IMG/VR virus record: IMGVR_UViG_2887127144_000001 | Origin: a virus | Taxonomy: Duplodnaviria > Caudoviricetes | DNA: 64,000 bases | Reading direction: 5' to 3' (one strand) | Shown here: positions 8,984 through 17,661 of the stretch, piece by piece | How positions within the stretch are numbered: the first letter of the stretch is position 1 | Layout of the letters: the number at the start of each line of letters is the position of its first letter | Translations under genes and position numbers: made by a program | The notes under the pieces: generated by a model | The model's input: the letters and a program-made list of their open reading frames with translations, nothing else | Told to the model about the DNA's origin: nothing | The model's database searches: none

Positions 8984-9019
8984 ACGATTAATCAAAGGGC
9001 TGAGGCCCGAAGGAGGAGT

Positions 9020-9175
9020 ATGGAAGAGAAGAAGGTTTTGCCGTTGAACGAACTGCTCGACACGCTGAGCGAGAAGCAAGCCACGTTCATCCTCAACGCT
9101 TTGGTGACCGCTGGTTATGTGAGCCGTGAGCTGCTGGAAGACGCGATCAAGCTGTCGCGCTGGGTCAAGCCATGA
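9020..9175 (+). CDS. 51 aa hypothetical protein
   Basis: AAGGAGGAG RBS; MEEKKVLPLNELL...; ATGA overlap with next gene. Confidence 0.55.
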   Translation: MEEKKVLPLNELLDTLSEKQATFILNALVTAGYVSRELLEDAIKLSRWVKP

Positions 9176-9699
9176 CCGCGGCCCCGAGCATGTCGCTCCT
9201 GAAGCGAGCTGCAGACCGCCTGATTCGGCCCTTCTACCGGGATCCAGACTTTTACATCGGCGGCAAGGAGGACCCGTACCTGCTCCGCTGGTGGGTCATC
9301 CCACGGAACCGCTTCTTCAACATCTACCTGCACAAGTTCCTGCGGGACGACGACGACCGCGCGCTTCATGACCATCCCTGGGTCAGCCTGAGCATCATCC
9401 TGAAGGGCGGGTACATCGAGCACACCGCAACCGAAGTTCGGCGACGCTATGCAGGCAGCATTGTCTTCCGAAGGGCGAAGCACGCCCACCGGATTGAGCT
9501 GCTCCGCAATCATCGCTGCCCGGTCGTGCCACCTGGCGACGAGCCCGCCTACTTCCGGCTAAAGCCCGCCTGGACGTTGTTCGTCACCGGTCCCCGCATC
9601 CGCGAATGGGGCTTCCACTGCCCGCAAGGCTGGCGGCATTGGCGAGAGTTCACCAGCCCGGTTGATAGCGGGAACGTCGGGAAGGGCTGCGAGCCATGA
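9172..9699 (+). CDS. Cupin-like phage protein
   Basis: NIYLH.F...D.DRALHDHPW...GGY.E...HRIEL...WTLF.TGP. Confidence 0.8.
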   Translation: MTAAPSMSLLKRAADRLIRPFYRDPDFYIGGKEDPYLLRWWVIPRNRFFNIYLHKFLRDDDDRALHDHPWVSLSIILKGGYIEHTATEVRRRYAGSIVFRRAKHAHRIELLRNHRCPVVPPGDEPAYFRLKPAWTLFVTGPRIREWGFHCPQGWRHWREFTSPVDSGNVGKGCEP

Positions 9700-9977
9700 C
9701 GCCCTATGAACTGCGACTGGCCTGCGAGGAGCGAATCCAGCAGTGGGAGCGCGACAACTGGGCAGCCGCTGAGTATCCTCACATCTACCTCACGCTGCCC
9801 TGGCTGGCGACTGGCGAGAACACCCGTCTGGCAAAGACGAAGGGCCCCATGTCGGAGTTCATCGCCAACGTAGTCGCAGGCCGTGGCACCACGGCTGCGT
9901 TCGATGCCCGCAAGGTGCTGGCTTACCTCGAACGCCATGCTGCTCCCCCTCCGCCCTCAGCCCCGCACGGCCTTTGA
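9696..9977 (+). CDS. Hypothetical protein
   Basis: 93 aa coupled ORF. Confidence 0.55.
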   Translation: MTPYELRLACEERIQQWERDNWAAAEYPHIYLTLPWLATGENTRLAKTKGPMSEFIANVVAGRGTTAAFDARKVLAYLERHAAPPPPSAPHGL

Positions 9978-9989
9978 TGTGGTGATGCT

Positions 9990-10086
9990 GAGGCCGGAGC
10001 CATGCCGGGGCAAGGAAAAAAGACCGCTTTCCGCAAGCGGAAGCCTTCGGCTTTTTGTCCTTGCACGGCACAGCGCCACCGGCCTC
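9990..10086 (+). promoter_or_regulatory. Frpo/ssi-like hairpin promoter 3
   Basis: Nested IRs GAGGCCGG/CCGGCCTC, TGCCG/CGGCA and GCAAGGA/TCCTTGC with internal hairpins. Confidence 0.55.
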
Positions 10087-10144
10087 GGGCGCACACACAG
10101 AAAGGCCCGATGAGCGGGCAAGAATCAGAGAAAGGAAGCTCGTT

Positions 10145-10492
10145 ATGACAACTCAAATTGCACAGCCTTCTCCAGCTCCTTGGAGCTACGAGTACAGCCC
10201 TTACACGGTCCGCAACCCCGGCACTCACGGAGACAAGCAGGTGGGCGATGATATCCCCGCTTTCGAGATCTTCGACGCCGAGGGCAACAAGGTCTTCGAC
10301 ACGAATGAGGATACACCTGGTGAATTACAGGAGGCGAACGCCCGCTTGGGCTCCGCCGCTCCGAAACTGCTGAAGGCATTGGTCCGCTGCGCCGAGCTGC
10401 TTGCTGATCACGACGATTCCGAAGGCGAGGAAGGCGAAGCGTATCGTGATGCATTGGCCGCCATCGCTGAGGCGACCGGGAGGGCAGAATGA
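10145..10492 (+). CDS. Hypothetical protein with ANARL.SAAPKLL C-terminal module
   Basis: AAAGGA RBS; shared C-terminal motif. Confidence 0.75.
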   Translation: MTTQIAQPSPAPWSYEYSPYTVRNPGTHGDKQVGDDIPAFEIFDAEGNKVFDTNEDTPGELQEANARLGSAAPKLLKALVRCAELLADHDDSEGEEGEAYRDALAAIAEATGRAE

Positions 10493-10845
10493 CCAAGTAC
10501 AACGTCCACATCTACAGGGAAATGAAGCTTTACTTCCCCGGTATCGAGGCCGAGAGCCCTCAAGCAGCCGCCGATCTGGCAGCCAAGATGGATACCGCTG
10601 ACGCTGATGACATCGTAAGTTGCGACGGTATCGACCTGGCCGCATTGGTCGATGTGGATGGCGACGATAACTTTGAACAAAGCGTCACTATCGCCTTCGA
10701 GCCGCAGCGCATGCTGGATGCAGCGCCGAGACTGCTCGCAGCGCTAAGTGAAATAGTCCGAGTGTACGCGGAGTATCCAGATGAGACTGCCCGGCAAATC
10801 GCCGAATCCGCCATAGCAGAAGCCACCGGCAAGGAGGCCGCATGA
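10489..10845 (+). CDS. Acidic hypothetical protein with AAPRLL..AIAEATG module
   Basis: Coupled ORF; shared motif. Confidence 0.75.
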   Translation: MTKYNVHIYREMKLYFPGIEAESPQAAADLAAKMDTADADDIVSCDGIDLAALVDVDGDDNFEQSVTIAFEPQRMLDAAPRLLAALSEIVRVYAEYPDETARQIAESAIAEATGKEAA

Positions 10846-11447
10846 ACGTCATCGCCATCAAGCTCACCACCCCGGACGAGATCCGCACCGCCTGCGACAT
10901 GGCTGTCCTGATGGGCGAGGAGCAGTTCCAGGTCATGTACAAGCCCGACCAGGCCGAGGACGACGACTACATCGGCGTCGACCTGGGCGAGTTCTCCCAA
11001 GCAAGGAGCGACGACTACTTCCTCGTCGAGTTCCTCGAAGGCCGCCACTCCTGGGAGATGTGGGTCTACGAGTTGAGGCCTGCGGCCGTGGCCGATTCCG
11101 CCACGGCGAGCCTTCCTCCCGGCCCCTACCACTTCGAGCCTGGCGAAACCGCCGACACCTACCGCATCTTCGCGGCTGGCGAAGACAGGCCGATGGTCGA
11201 GATGATCTACATCGGCGGGGCGGAGGACTTCGCGGCCACAGCCAAGGCGCTGGCCCGGCTGTTTGCGGCAGGGCCGAAGCTGGTGCAATCGCTCCGGACC
11301 CTCGCTGAGCAGGCCGACGAGGATTGCCCACACGAATATCGGAGCAGGCATTTTGTCGAGGCTTTGGCAGACGCCAATGATGCCATCGTCGGGGCGACCA
11401 TCGGACAGCCCAGCCAGCCTACCCCACCTCCCTCTCGATCTCCTTGA
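10842..11447 (+). CDS. Acidic hypothetical protein with ARLFAAGPKL module
   Basis: Coupled ORF with AAGGAGG RBS; shared motif. Confidence 0.75.
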   Translation: MNVIAIKLTTPDEIRTACDMAVLMGEEQFQVMYKPDQAEDDDYIGVDLGEFSQARSDDYFLVEFLEGRHSWEMWVYELRPAAVADSATASLPPGPYHFEPGETADTYRIFAAGEDRPMVEMIYIGGAEDFAATAKALARLFAAGPKLVQSLRTLAEQADEDCPHEYRSRHFVEALADANDAIVGATIGQPSQPTPPPSRSP

Positions 11448-11868
11448 TCTGGATGCTCGTGATCAGAGCCTCGCCTTCGGCCCCTGCCGCGAACCCCCGG
11501 TCGCTCAGCCTGACCCACGGCATCCGATGCTGGTGGATCAGGTCGTAGAGCCGCCAGAGGTTGAGCCCTCCGATCGTAACCTCCCAGATCTTCGAGCCCA
11601 CGAACCGCAGGCGGATGATCTGGCCCTCCTTCTCGGCCCTGAACTCGCTGTGGCTGTCGAGCTGCACAAACTGGAAGCTCACGCAGCCCTTCGCCCCCAG
11701 CAGGCAATGCAGGGCGTAGACGGCCTTGTTCGCCGCCCTCGCGTGCGCCTGGTACGGGGCGTCCAGGGCGGGCAGCTCGGTTTCGCCCGCGTCGTCGACT
11801 GCCGGAACATCCGGCTTGGGGACCAGGCCATTCGGCCCGCCCTTCAGGATTCTATCGAGTTCGGACAT
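11419..11868 (-). CDS. Hypothetical protein coupled to the relaxase
   Basis: AAGGAG RBS; start overlaps the relaxase 3' end. Confidence 0.7.
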   Translation of the reverse strand: MSELDRILKGGPNGLVPKPDVPAVDDAGETELPALDAPYQAHARAANKAVYALHCLLGAKGCVSFQFVQLDSHSEFRAEKEGQIIRLRFVGSKIWEVTIGGLNLWRLYDLIHQHRMPWVRLSDRGFAAGAEGEALITSIQIKEIEREVG

Positions 11869-14590
11869 AGGCTCTCTCCTTCTCTCGCTGCACTGCAATA
11901 ACAGTCGCAGCCTTCTCGCGCAACTGGGCAAATGCGAGCCGCATCCGCTCCGCGAGCGTGCGGACCCGCCGCCTCGGCTTCATCGGCACGGGAGCGCGGC
12001 GCAGCAGTTCCGTCGCCGACTTCCGCGGATCCGCCCTCTGGATGGCCTCGCGCAGCTCGGCCGGCGTCAGGTCGCTGTAGACCGTCGCCTGCTCCCGGCC
12101 CCGCGACACTGAGACGTAGAACTGCTCCGCGCCCATCGCCGGGCGGGACTCGTGGCCCATGGCGATCAGCACGCGGTCGACCGTCTTGCCCTGGCTCGCG
12201 TGCGAGGTGGTGACGTAGCCGTGGGCCAGGTGGCCGAAGTCACGCCCCACGACCCAGCCGTTCTCCAGCACGATGTCGTCGTCCTTCGTGAAGCCCTTGA
12301 CCCGATACATCGCTCCGTTGTTCAGCTTGTGCTTACCGTCCTTCGTCTTCCCGTTGGCGGTGACGCGGATCTGGTCCCCGGCGGCCAGCTCGATGGACGA
12401 CGGCGTGTAGACCGAGAAGTGCGACGGCTTGGCGAAGTGGGCACCGGGCTTCCAGTCGAGCACCCGGACGCGGTCCCCGGCCCGGAAGGTGCCCGAGTTC
12501 CGGTGGAACTGCATGACCTCGCCGCCCTCGTACCGCCCCAGGTCGCCCCGCTCGGCCTCCGTCCAGCCAAGGGGCACCAGCACCCCGACCTGCTTACCCT
12601 CGCTGGCGATTGCGCCCCGCTGCTTGAGCCGGGCCCGGATCTCCGCGGTGATCTCCCCGCCCTCCGCATGGGTCGGGGCGACGACCAGGACGGACTTCCG
12701 GGAATCGAGGGCCGCCAGGTAGTCCTCGACCAGCGTGGCATCGTCCTGGGCCTCCTTGACCCAGCCCAGGCCTTCGAGCTGGTCGTACCCGCCGAGGAGG
12801 TCGCCCTTGGCCAGTGACGCCACGGCGGCCTTGTAGCGGCCCTTCTGGCGGCGGATATCCTTCAGCTCCGCCACGGGCAGTCCGGCGAACTCCTCGAGCA
12901 CCCGGAGCGTGGCTCCGCGCTCGACCGATCCGTGTTGCTTCCGGTCGCCCTGGAGCACGACGCGGGCACCGAGCCGCTCGGCGGCGTCGAAGACCTCCCG
13001 CACCTGCCGCATGCCCAGCAGCCCGGCCTCGTCCACCCAGATGACGCCGTCCCGAGCCTCCTCCTGGAACCTCTCGTCGATCAGGAACCGGGCCACGGTG
13101 TTGGCCTCCTGGAAGCCCTCCTTGCGGAGCACGGCCCGGCTGGCCTCGGCAGAGGGGGCCAGCACGACCACCGGGCGATCCAGCCCCTCGATGGTCGCCT
13201 TCATCGTGTGGGTCTTGCCAGTCCCGGCGGCCCCGCGGATCAGGATGACGCGGTCGGGCGAGTTCCAGACGTGGCGGGCGATGGCGGCCTGGTCGGGGGA
13301 GAGGTCAGTTCTCGGTTGCGCGAGCGGTGAGGTTGTGGCAGGATGCCTTTGGGATGCAGTAGTGGGAGCTTGAGGGTCGCAACCTGGGCTGTCCACACGG
13401 AGGGTCAAGAACTCCTGCATCCCAACCCCCATCGGCCGACACGTCCCCCGCCCGTTGCGGGCGAACCCGATCACCCGCTGCTCCTCGGCGTGCACCAGCC
13501 GGGTCGTGGCCTCCCCGTCCTTCGTGAGCAGGCCCTGCCGCTTCGCCTCCTCCTGAACCAGCTCCGGCGTGACCGAGCCGACGCCGTGGCGGATGGCCGT
13601 CTCGTAGAGCCTCTTCTCGTCCACCACGCTCCTGCGCTCGAACAGGTGGCCGATGGCGAACTCGACGGCCGCCTTCACGTCCCCCTCGTACCCCGCCTTG
13701 CCGACCAGCCCGGCAAGCTGCTGGCGCTCCGCGTCAGTCAGGCGGCTGACCCAGTAGCGGTTGAGGTCGTCGGCCCGCTCCTTGACCTTGCCCAGCCGGG
13801 TGGTCGCCCCGAGCGTGTTCCGGCCCTCGGGGCTGGTGATGCCCAGCTTCTCGGCGACCTGGTCGATGTACGCACGACGGCGGCTGAACTTCCTGACCAG
13901 CTCGTCGGAGATGCCCGCGATCTCGAAGGCCTTGTCCTTCTTCCGCACGCCGTAGCCGAGCTGCCGGAGGTTTGACGCCAGCCGGTTGTGGTAGATGGCC
14001 TCGTAGTAGGGCGCGTCGTGCTTGATCTGCCCCATCTCGGCGGCCTTCCACTTGCCCTCGGCCTGGTCCTCGGTGGCGTTGAAGACGACCACGTGGTCGT
14101 GAAGGCTCATGTCGGGCATGGCGTCCTGCCCGCTGACCCGCGTGTCTCGGTGCGTCACGCGGAAGGCGACCATGTTGCCGGTGATCCTGTCCTCGTTCTT
14201 TCCACCGGCCCGGACGCGACCGCGCATGTCCGCCTCGACATAGCCCATGGCATGGGCCACCGCCTCGCGGTGAGCCCACTCGATACGGTCGTCACCTCGG
14301 TTGCCTGGCCCAGCCAACTCCCGCGCGATGCCCACCGACTTCGTGCTGTTAAAGTTCAAGTCGATGCCGACCCGCCTGCCGTCTCGGGTGTAGGTCGTCA
14401 GCGGCTGGCCGGTGAGCGGGTTCACATTGTCGCAGAGCAGCTCGAAGTCTTCCTTCCGAGCGGGCCCCACAAGCCCGAGAACCTCAGCGCCCTTGCCCAG
14501 CCAGTCGCCTTGCGACTGCGCGTAGTAGTCCGACGCCTGGTAGTAGGCCTTCGCGGCAGCAGCATCGGTAATCCAGTGTGTTCGCAGCAC
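11852..14590 (-). CDS. mobF: MOB-F (TrwC/TraI-like) conjugative relaxase-helicase
   Basis: N-terminal YY..DYY, D..F...KSV, H...R...D..LHDH HUH motif, FSRRR; helicase GAAGTGKT, VDEAGL, GY.TTSHASQGKTVD. Confidence 0.96.
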   Translation of the reverse strand: MLRTHWITDAAAAKAYYQASDYYAQSQGDWLGKGAEVLGLVGPARKEDFELLCDNVNPLTGQPLTTYTRDGRRVGIDLNFNSTKSVGIARELAGPGNRGDDRIEWAHREAVAHAMGYVEADMRGRVRAGGKNEDRITGNMVAFRVTHRDTRVSGQDAMPDMSLHDHVVVFNATEDQAEGKWKAAEMGQIKHDAPYYEAIYHNRLASNLRQLGYGVRKKDKAFEIAGISDELVRKFSRRRAYIDQVAEKLGITSPEGRNTLGATTRLGKVKERADDLNRYWVSRLTDAERQQLAGLVGKAGYEGDVKAAVEFAIGHLFERRSVVDEKRLYETAIRHGVGSVTPELVQEEAKRQGLLTKDGEATTRLVHAEEQRVIGFARNGRGTCRPMGVGMQEFLTLRVDSPGCDPQAPTTASQRHPATTSPLAQPRTDLSPDQAAIARHVWNSPDRVILIRGAAGTGKTHTMKATIEGLDRPVVVLAPSAEASRAVLRKEGFQEANTVARFLIDERFQEEARDGVIWVDEAGLLGMRQVREVFDAAERLGARVVLQGDRKQHGSVERGATLRVLEEFAGLPVAELKDIRRQKGRYKAAVASLAKGDLLGGYDQLEGLGWVKEAQDDATLVEDYLAALDSRKSVLVVAPTHAEGGEITAEIRARLKQRGAIASEGKQVGVLVPLGWTEAERGDLGRYEGGEVMQFHRNSGTFRAGDRVRVLDWKPGAHFAKPSHFSVYTPSSIELAAGDQIRVTANGKTKDGKHKLNNGAMYRVKGFTKDDDIVLENGWVVGRDFGHLAHGYVTTSHASQGKTVDRVLIAMGHESRPAMGAEQFYVSVSRGREQATVYSDLTPAELREAIQRADPRKSATELLRRAPVPMKPRRRVRTLAERMRLAFAQLREKAATVIAVQREKERAYVRTR

Positions 14591-14596
14591 GCTGGA

Positions 14597-14624
14597 ATAA
14601 TAGGGCTGGACAAGCGCGTGTCAA
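14597..14624 (-). promoter_or_regulatory. Relaxase promoter (leaderless) overlapping a candidate oriT/nic region
   Basis: TTGACA-N16-TATTAT, 6 nt before the GTG start, no RBS; contains GCGCTTGTCCAGCCC. Confidence 0.5.
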
Positions 14625-14665
14625 TTAATGCTATGGGCGATTCGGCAAGCCGACCGGGCTGCTAT

Positions 14666-14840
14666 GGGGTTCGCTTGCGCTCCCGTCGCGAGCGACCGGC
14701 TGGCGCCGCCCTCCGCATCCCTATCGCAATCGGCGAGAGATGGAGGCCAACGGGGCGCTGCAATGCCACGGCCCGGCCTTAATGCGGTCAAGGGTTTCAC
14801 GAGCGGCTGCGCCGCCCTTGACCGCAGTCCGGGCCGCGGC
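14666..14840 (+). promoter_or_regulatory. Conserved motif plus Frpo/ssi-like hairpin promoter 4
   Basis: Perfect IR TGCGGTCAAGGG (14783-14794) / CCCTTGACCGCA (14815-14826) with outer CGGCCCGG/CCGGGCCG. Confidence 0.65.
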
Positions 14841-14928
14841 GAAGGGGCATCCATTCGGCAGTAGGGCGAGGCATCGAGCAAGCTCGTGCCTTCCCTACTA
14901 CCTCAACCATTAACAGAAAGGGAATCTC

Positions 14929-15249
14929 ATGAGCACCAAGCAGCTTGGCATACAGGAAATCCAGAGAATCGCGAAGGAGTTAGGCGATCGTCTGGAGCAA
15001 GTAAGTAACCGAATGCCGTTGGGACGCAGGTTAAGGGACAAGGCCGATCGAATCAGAACCCTCGCCAAGACACTGGACGTGATAGCCAAGACGCCCAACG
15101 CCGCCGTGAACCGCGAGGCCCTCGACGCGTGGCTTGCAGAACTCCGTGAGGCCCATGCGGCGCTCAAGGCATGGTGCAAGCGGATGCTCCGCCTCGATGA
15201 CCTTCAGGCCGACGAGGACGAAAGCGATTGGGACGAGATCCCGTTCTGA
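14929..15249 (+). CDS. Helical hypothetical protein with SSB-like acidic C-terminal tail
   Basis: 106 aa; ends DEDESDWDEIPF. Confidence 0.75.
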   Translation: MSTKQLGIQEIQRIAKELGDRLEQVSNRMPLGRRLRDKADRIRTLAKTLDVIAKTPNAAVNREALDAWLAELREAHAALKAWCKRMLRLDDLQADEDESDWDEIPF

Positions 15250-15255
15250 GGGGGC

Positions 15256-15280
15256 GGGGCCGGGTGAGAATCCGGCCCCT
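15256..15280 (+). terminator. Hairpin after ORF 14929
   Basis: GGGGCCGG-gtgagaat-CCGGCCCC. Confidence 0.45.
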
Positions 15281-15562
15281 CTCCTGAGTCGGTCAACTGA
15301 GCCGGGCGGGCAAGCCGCGGTGAAATCCCGTGAGATTCGGCTTCACACATCTCTCCTGTGGGTTGCCCCCAGGTGATGGAACGGAGCAAGCTAACGGAGA
15401 TCACCGAAAGTTTAGCTGCCAAAGCTCATCGTCCTGCGCCGGCAGCGTAGCGTCGGTATAGATCGCCTCCGGCGATTCCTGATGCCAGGCAGCGTATCCG
15501 ACCACGCCCCAGAACAGGGCAAGGGCGAGCAGCGACCAGATCAGCCCCCAGTTCATCGGCAA

Positions 15563-15736
15563 TCAATCCTTCGGTTGGCCGCAGTAGATACACACCCCGT
15601 CTTGTGTGACGCAAACAGTGTGGCGGATTTCGCCGTAACGCTTGCTGCCGTCTGGGTAGGTATATTCGGTCTGGTAGAATCCTGGCATGACCACCCTGAC
15701 GCGGGCGTCAATCACGGTTGCTTTGTAGACGGCCAT
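15563..15736 (-). CDS. Small hypothetical protein
   Basis: MAVYKATVIDARV...CIYCGQPKD; TGATG overlap with the upstream gene. Confidence 0.5.
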   Translation of the reverse strand: MAVYKATVIDARVRVVMPGFYQTEYTYPDGSKRYGEIRHTVCVTQDGVCIYCGQPKD

Positions 15737-16611
15737 CACTCCCCCATCTCCCGCTCAAGGGCGGCGAGGGCGGTTTTCACCATCCGCCAGTTGCCAGTTT
15801 CTATCCCGCGTTGCAGGCCAGCCCTGACCTGCACCAAACTCTCGCGCTTTTCCTGTGTCATGGCTGGGCGGGTAAGTTGCTGGCGAAGCCTTCCAACCTC
15901 AGCCCTTTCAGACCAGAATCTGTCGTACCAGTCATTCCCAGAATTTTGGGTTGGCCGCTGGCATCCCTCGTAAAGCCCCTCCATGTAGGCTTGATGCAGG
16001 AATGCCTCTATTGCAGATGGCGCACCTTTAATGGCCTCCACGGAATCGGTTAGATTCACACGAAGCGCCCATCTTTCTGCCATATTTTCAAGGCAGCGAA
16101 TTGCCTCATCAATCACCGGCTCCTGCGCTGGTGCGAGGGTGGGGAGGAGGGCTGCGACTACCGAGTTGGTTATCGCCTCTATGCCGCCTTCGGTTAGGAT
16201 GTCAGGCGTAGAGAGCGCGGCATGCACCGAGTCACCGAGATGCTTCTTAATGGCAGCGCGGTAGTTTTGATGCCCTACGCGTACCGCCTCCCGAATCTTC
16301 TCCACCGCATCGGGCGCTACCATTTTCATGGCGTCAGGATTATGGTCTGTGGCAGCCTGTCCAGCAGATAGCACTTTTGCATGTTCCGCCTGCAACTTCT
16401 CGTACATTACAAGAAGCTGCGCATACATGGCCGATGGCACCGCATCGGGCTGTGGCGCGGGGCGGGTGCGCTCGTATTCGCCACGCCCACACCATGCGTC
16501 ATAGGCTTGCGGGTGCTCAAGGAATAAAGGCGTTCCGCGCTTCTTCATCCATTTCTCAAACGCCTCGCGCTCACTCAGCGCCTCTGCGGGGGTGGTGTTT
16601 GTGGGGGTCAT
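15736..16611 (-). CDS. Mosaic phage hypothetical protein
   Basis: 291 aa; EREAFEKW...AW.GR motif; lower GC. Confidence 0.75.
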   Translation of the reverse strand: MTPTNTTPAEALSEREAFEKWMKKRGTPLFLEHPQAYDAWCGRGEYERTRPAPQPDAVPSAMYAQLLVMYEKLQAEHAKVLSAGQAATDHNPDAMKMVAPDAVEKIREAVRVGHQNYRAAIKKHLGDSVHAALSTPDILTEGGIEAITNSVVAALLPTLAPAQEPVIDEAIRCLENMAERWALRVNLTDSVEAIKGAPSAIEAFLHQAYMEGLYEGCQRPTQNSGNDWYDRFWSERAEVGRLRQQLTRPAMTQEKRESLVQVRAGLQRGIETGNWRMVKTALAALEREMGE

Positions 16612-16859
16612 GCTTCATCCTTGATGTGCTTGGGTTGCTCGTCTCGCCGCTCGTAGGCCAGATACGGTTTGCCGATGGCTCGTATCCGGTCGTGGTGGAT
16701 TCCGCACTGCCGCTTGGACAGGCTGGCCTCCCCGCGAGGTTGGATGTCGTACTGCCACGGGTTGCAGCGATGCACGCCCATGACCTTGCCCCGGCCTTCG
16801 TAGTTGCCCCGGTGGTCGAACACCATGACCTCTTGGCCGTGGGTGTAAGGTTCGGCCAT
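16608..16859 (-). CDS. Small SH3-like hypothetical protein
   Basis: Coupled ORF MAEPYTHGQEV... Confidence 0.6.
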   Translation of the reverse strand: MAEPYTHGQEVMVFDHRGNYEGRGKVMGVHRCNPWQYDIQPRGEASLSKRQCGIHHDRIRAIGKPYLAYERRDEQPKHIKDEA

Positions 16860-17158
16860 CACCACCACCTCTTGTAGCTGTCGATGTTCTCCGGCGTGAT
16901 GTTCCACACCTCGGCGATGACCTCGGCCCGTTCGTGGCTGTCGTAGATGACGTAGCCGTTCTTGCGGAGGACGACCGGCTCGGCGGGCTGATACACCTCA
17001 GACGGCCTCTTCACCGGCGCGGACGGTAGGCCATGCTTCGCCATCACGACGCTCATAGCCATGGACGCCAAGCCGGCGGCTATCAGGCCGTGGATGCCGG
17101 CGGAGAGCGGGGTGAGGCCCCGGTATGGACTGTCGAAGAGGCAAAGGAGCTTATTCAT
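16859..17158 (-). CDS. Hypothetical membrane protein
   Basis: AAAGGA RBS; one hydrophobic segment. Confidence 0.6.
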   Translation of the reverse strand: MNKLLCLFDSPYRGLTPLSAGIHGLIAAGLASMAMSVVMAKHGLPSAPVKRPSEVYQPAEPVVLRKNGYVIYDSHERAEVIAEVWNITPENIDSYKRWW

Positions 17159-17564
17159 GGTCGAATCCTTTCGTTGCGGGGTTGGTCGGGATGGGGCGGA
17201 GCGTGTCGCGCAGCAGCTTGCTGCCGTCGATTGGCTTCGGGCGAAATGTATCGAACAGCCGCTCGGCTTCGGCGGCGATCAGCTTGTCGCTGTCCACAGG
17301 GGTGACGCTGAAGGTGTGGGTCGGGCACAGCTCCTCCAGCTCTGTCAGCGCGTGGTCGAACTCGTGGGCCATGCCTTCGGAGACCTGCTCCATGATGCAG
17401 GCCAGCTCGCGCTCGTGGTACGAAACCCGGTCCTTGATCGCTGCGTCCACCACGGCCTTCAGGACGTTGTGCCAGTGGCGGTGCGCCCGCTGCAGCTCAC
17501 CATCGGCCTCCTCGACGCGGTGCTCGGGGGTGTACTCGATGTTGTCTCCTTTTCGTGCTGACAT
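17151..17564 (-). CDS. Hypothetical protein
   Basis: First gene of the leftward early operon. Confidence 0.7.
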   Translation of the reverse strand: MSARKGDNIEYTPEHRVEEADGELQRAHRHWHNVLKAVVDAAIKDRVSYHERELACIMEQVSEGMAHEFDHALTELEELCPTHTFSVTPVDSDKLIAAEAERLFDTFRPKPIDGSKLLRDTLRPIPTNPATKGFDHE

Positions 17565-17596
17565 GACGCTAACCTTTTTGTTGACTTGATGGAAAC

Positions 17597-17646
17597 ACCA
17601 TGCCACAACTGGAATAGCAGCGCAAGCACTATTTACGCGATGTAAA
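17597..17646. promoter_or_regulatory. Divergent early control region
   Basis: Minus-strand TTGCGC-N17-CATGGT; palindrome TTTAC-N5-GTAAA. Confidence 0.45.
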
Positions 17647-17661
17647 CAACGAAGTGACAAC

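Noticed and set aside
15286-15420. Possible ribozyme or pseudoknot (GGTGAT/ATCACC crossing AGCTAA/TTAGCT; CTGA...GAAA)
   Set aside because: Stems are only 6 bp and the hammerhead core CUGANGA is absent; compatible with chance or a junction remnant
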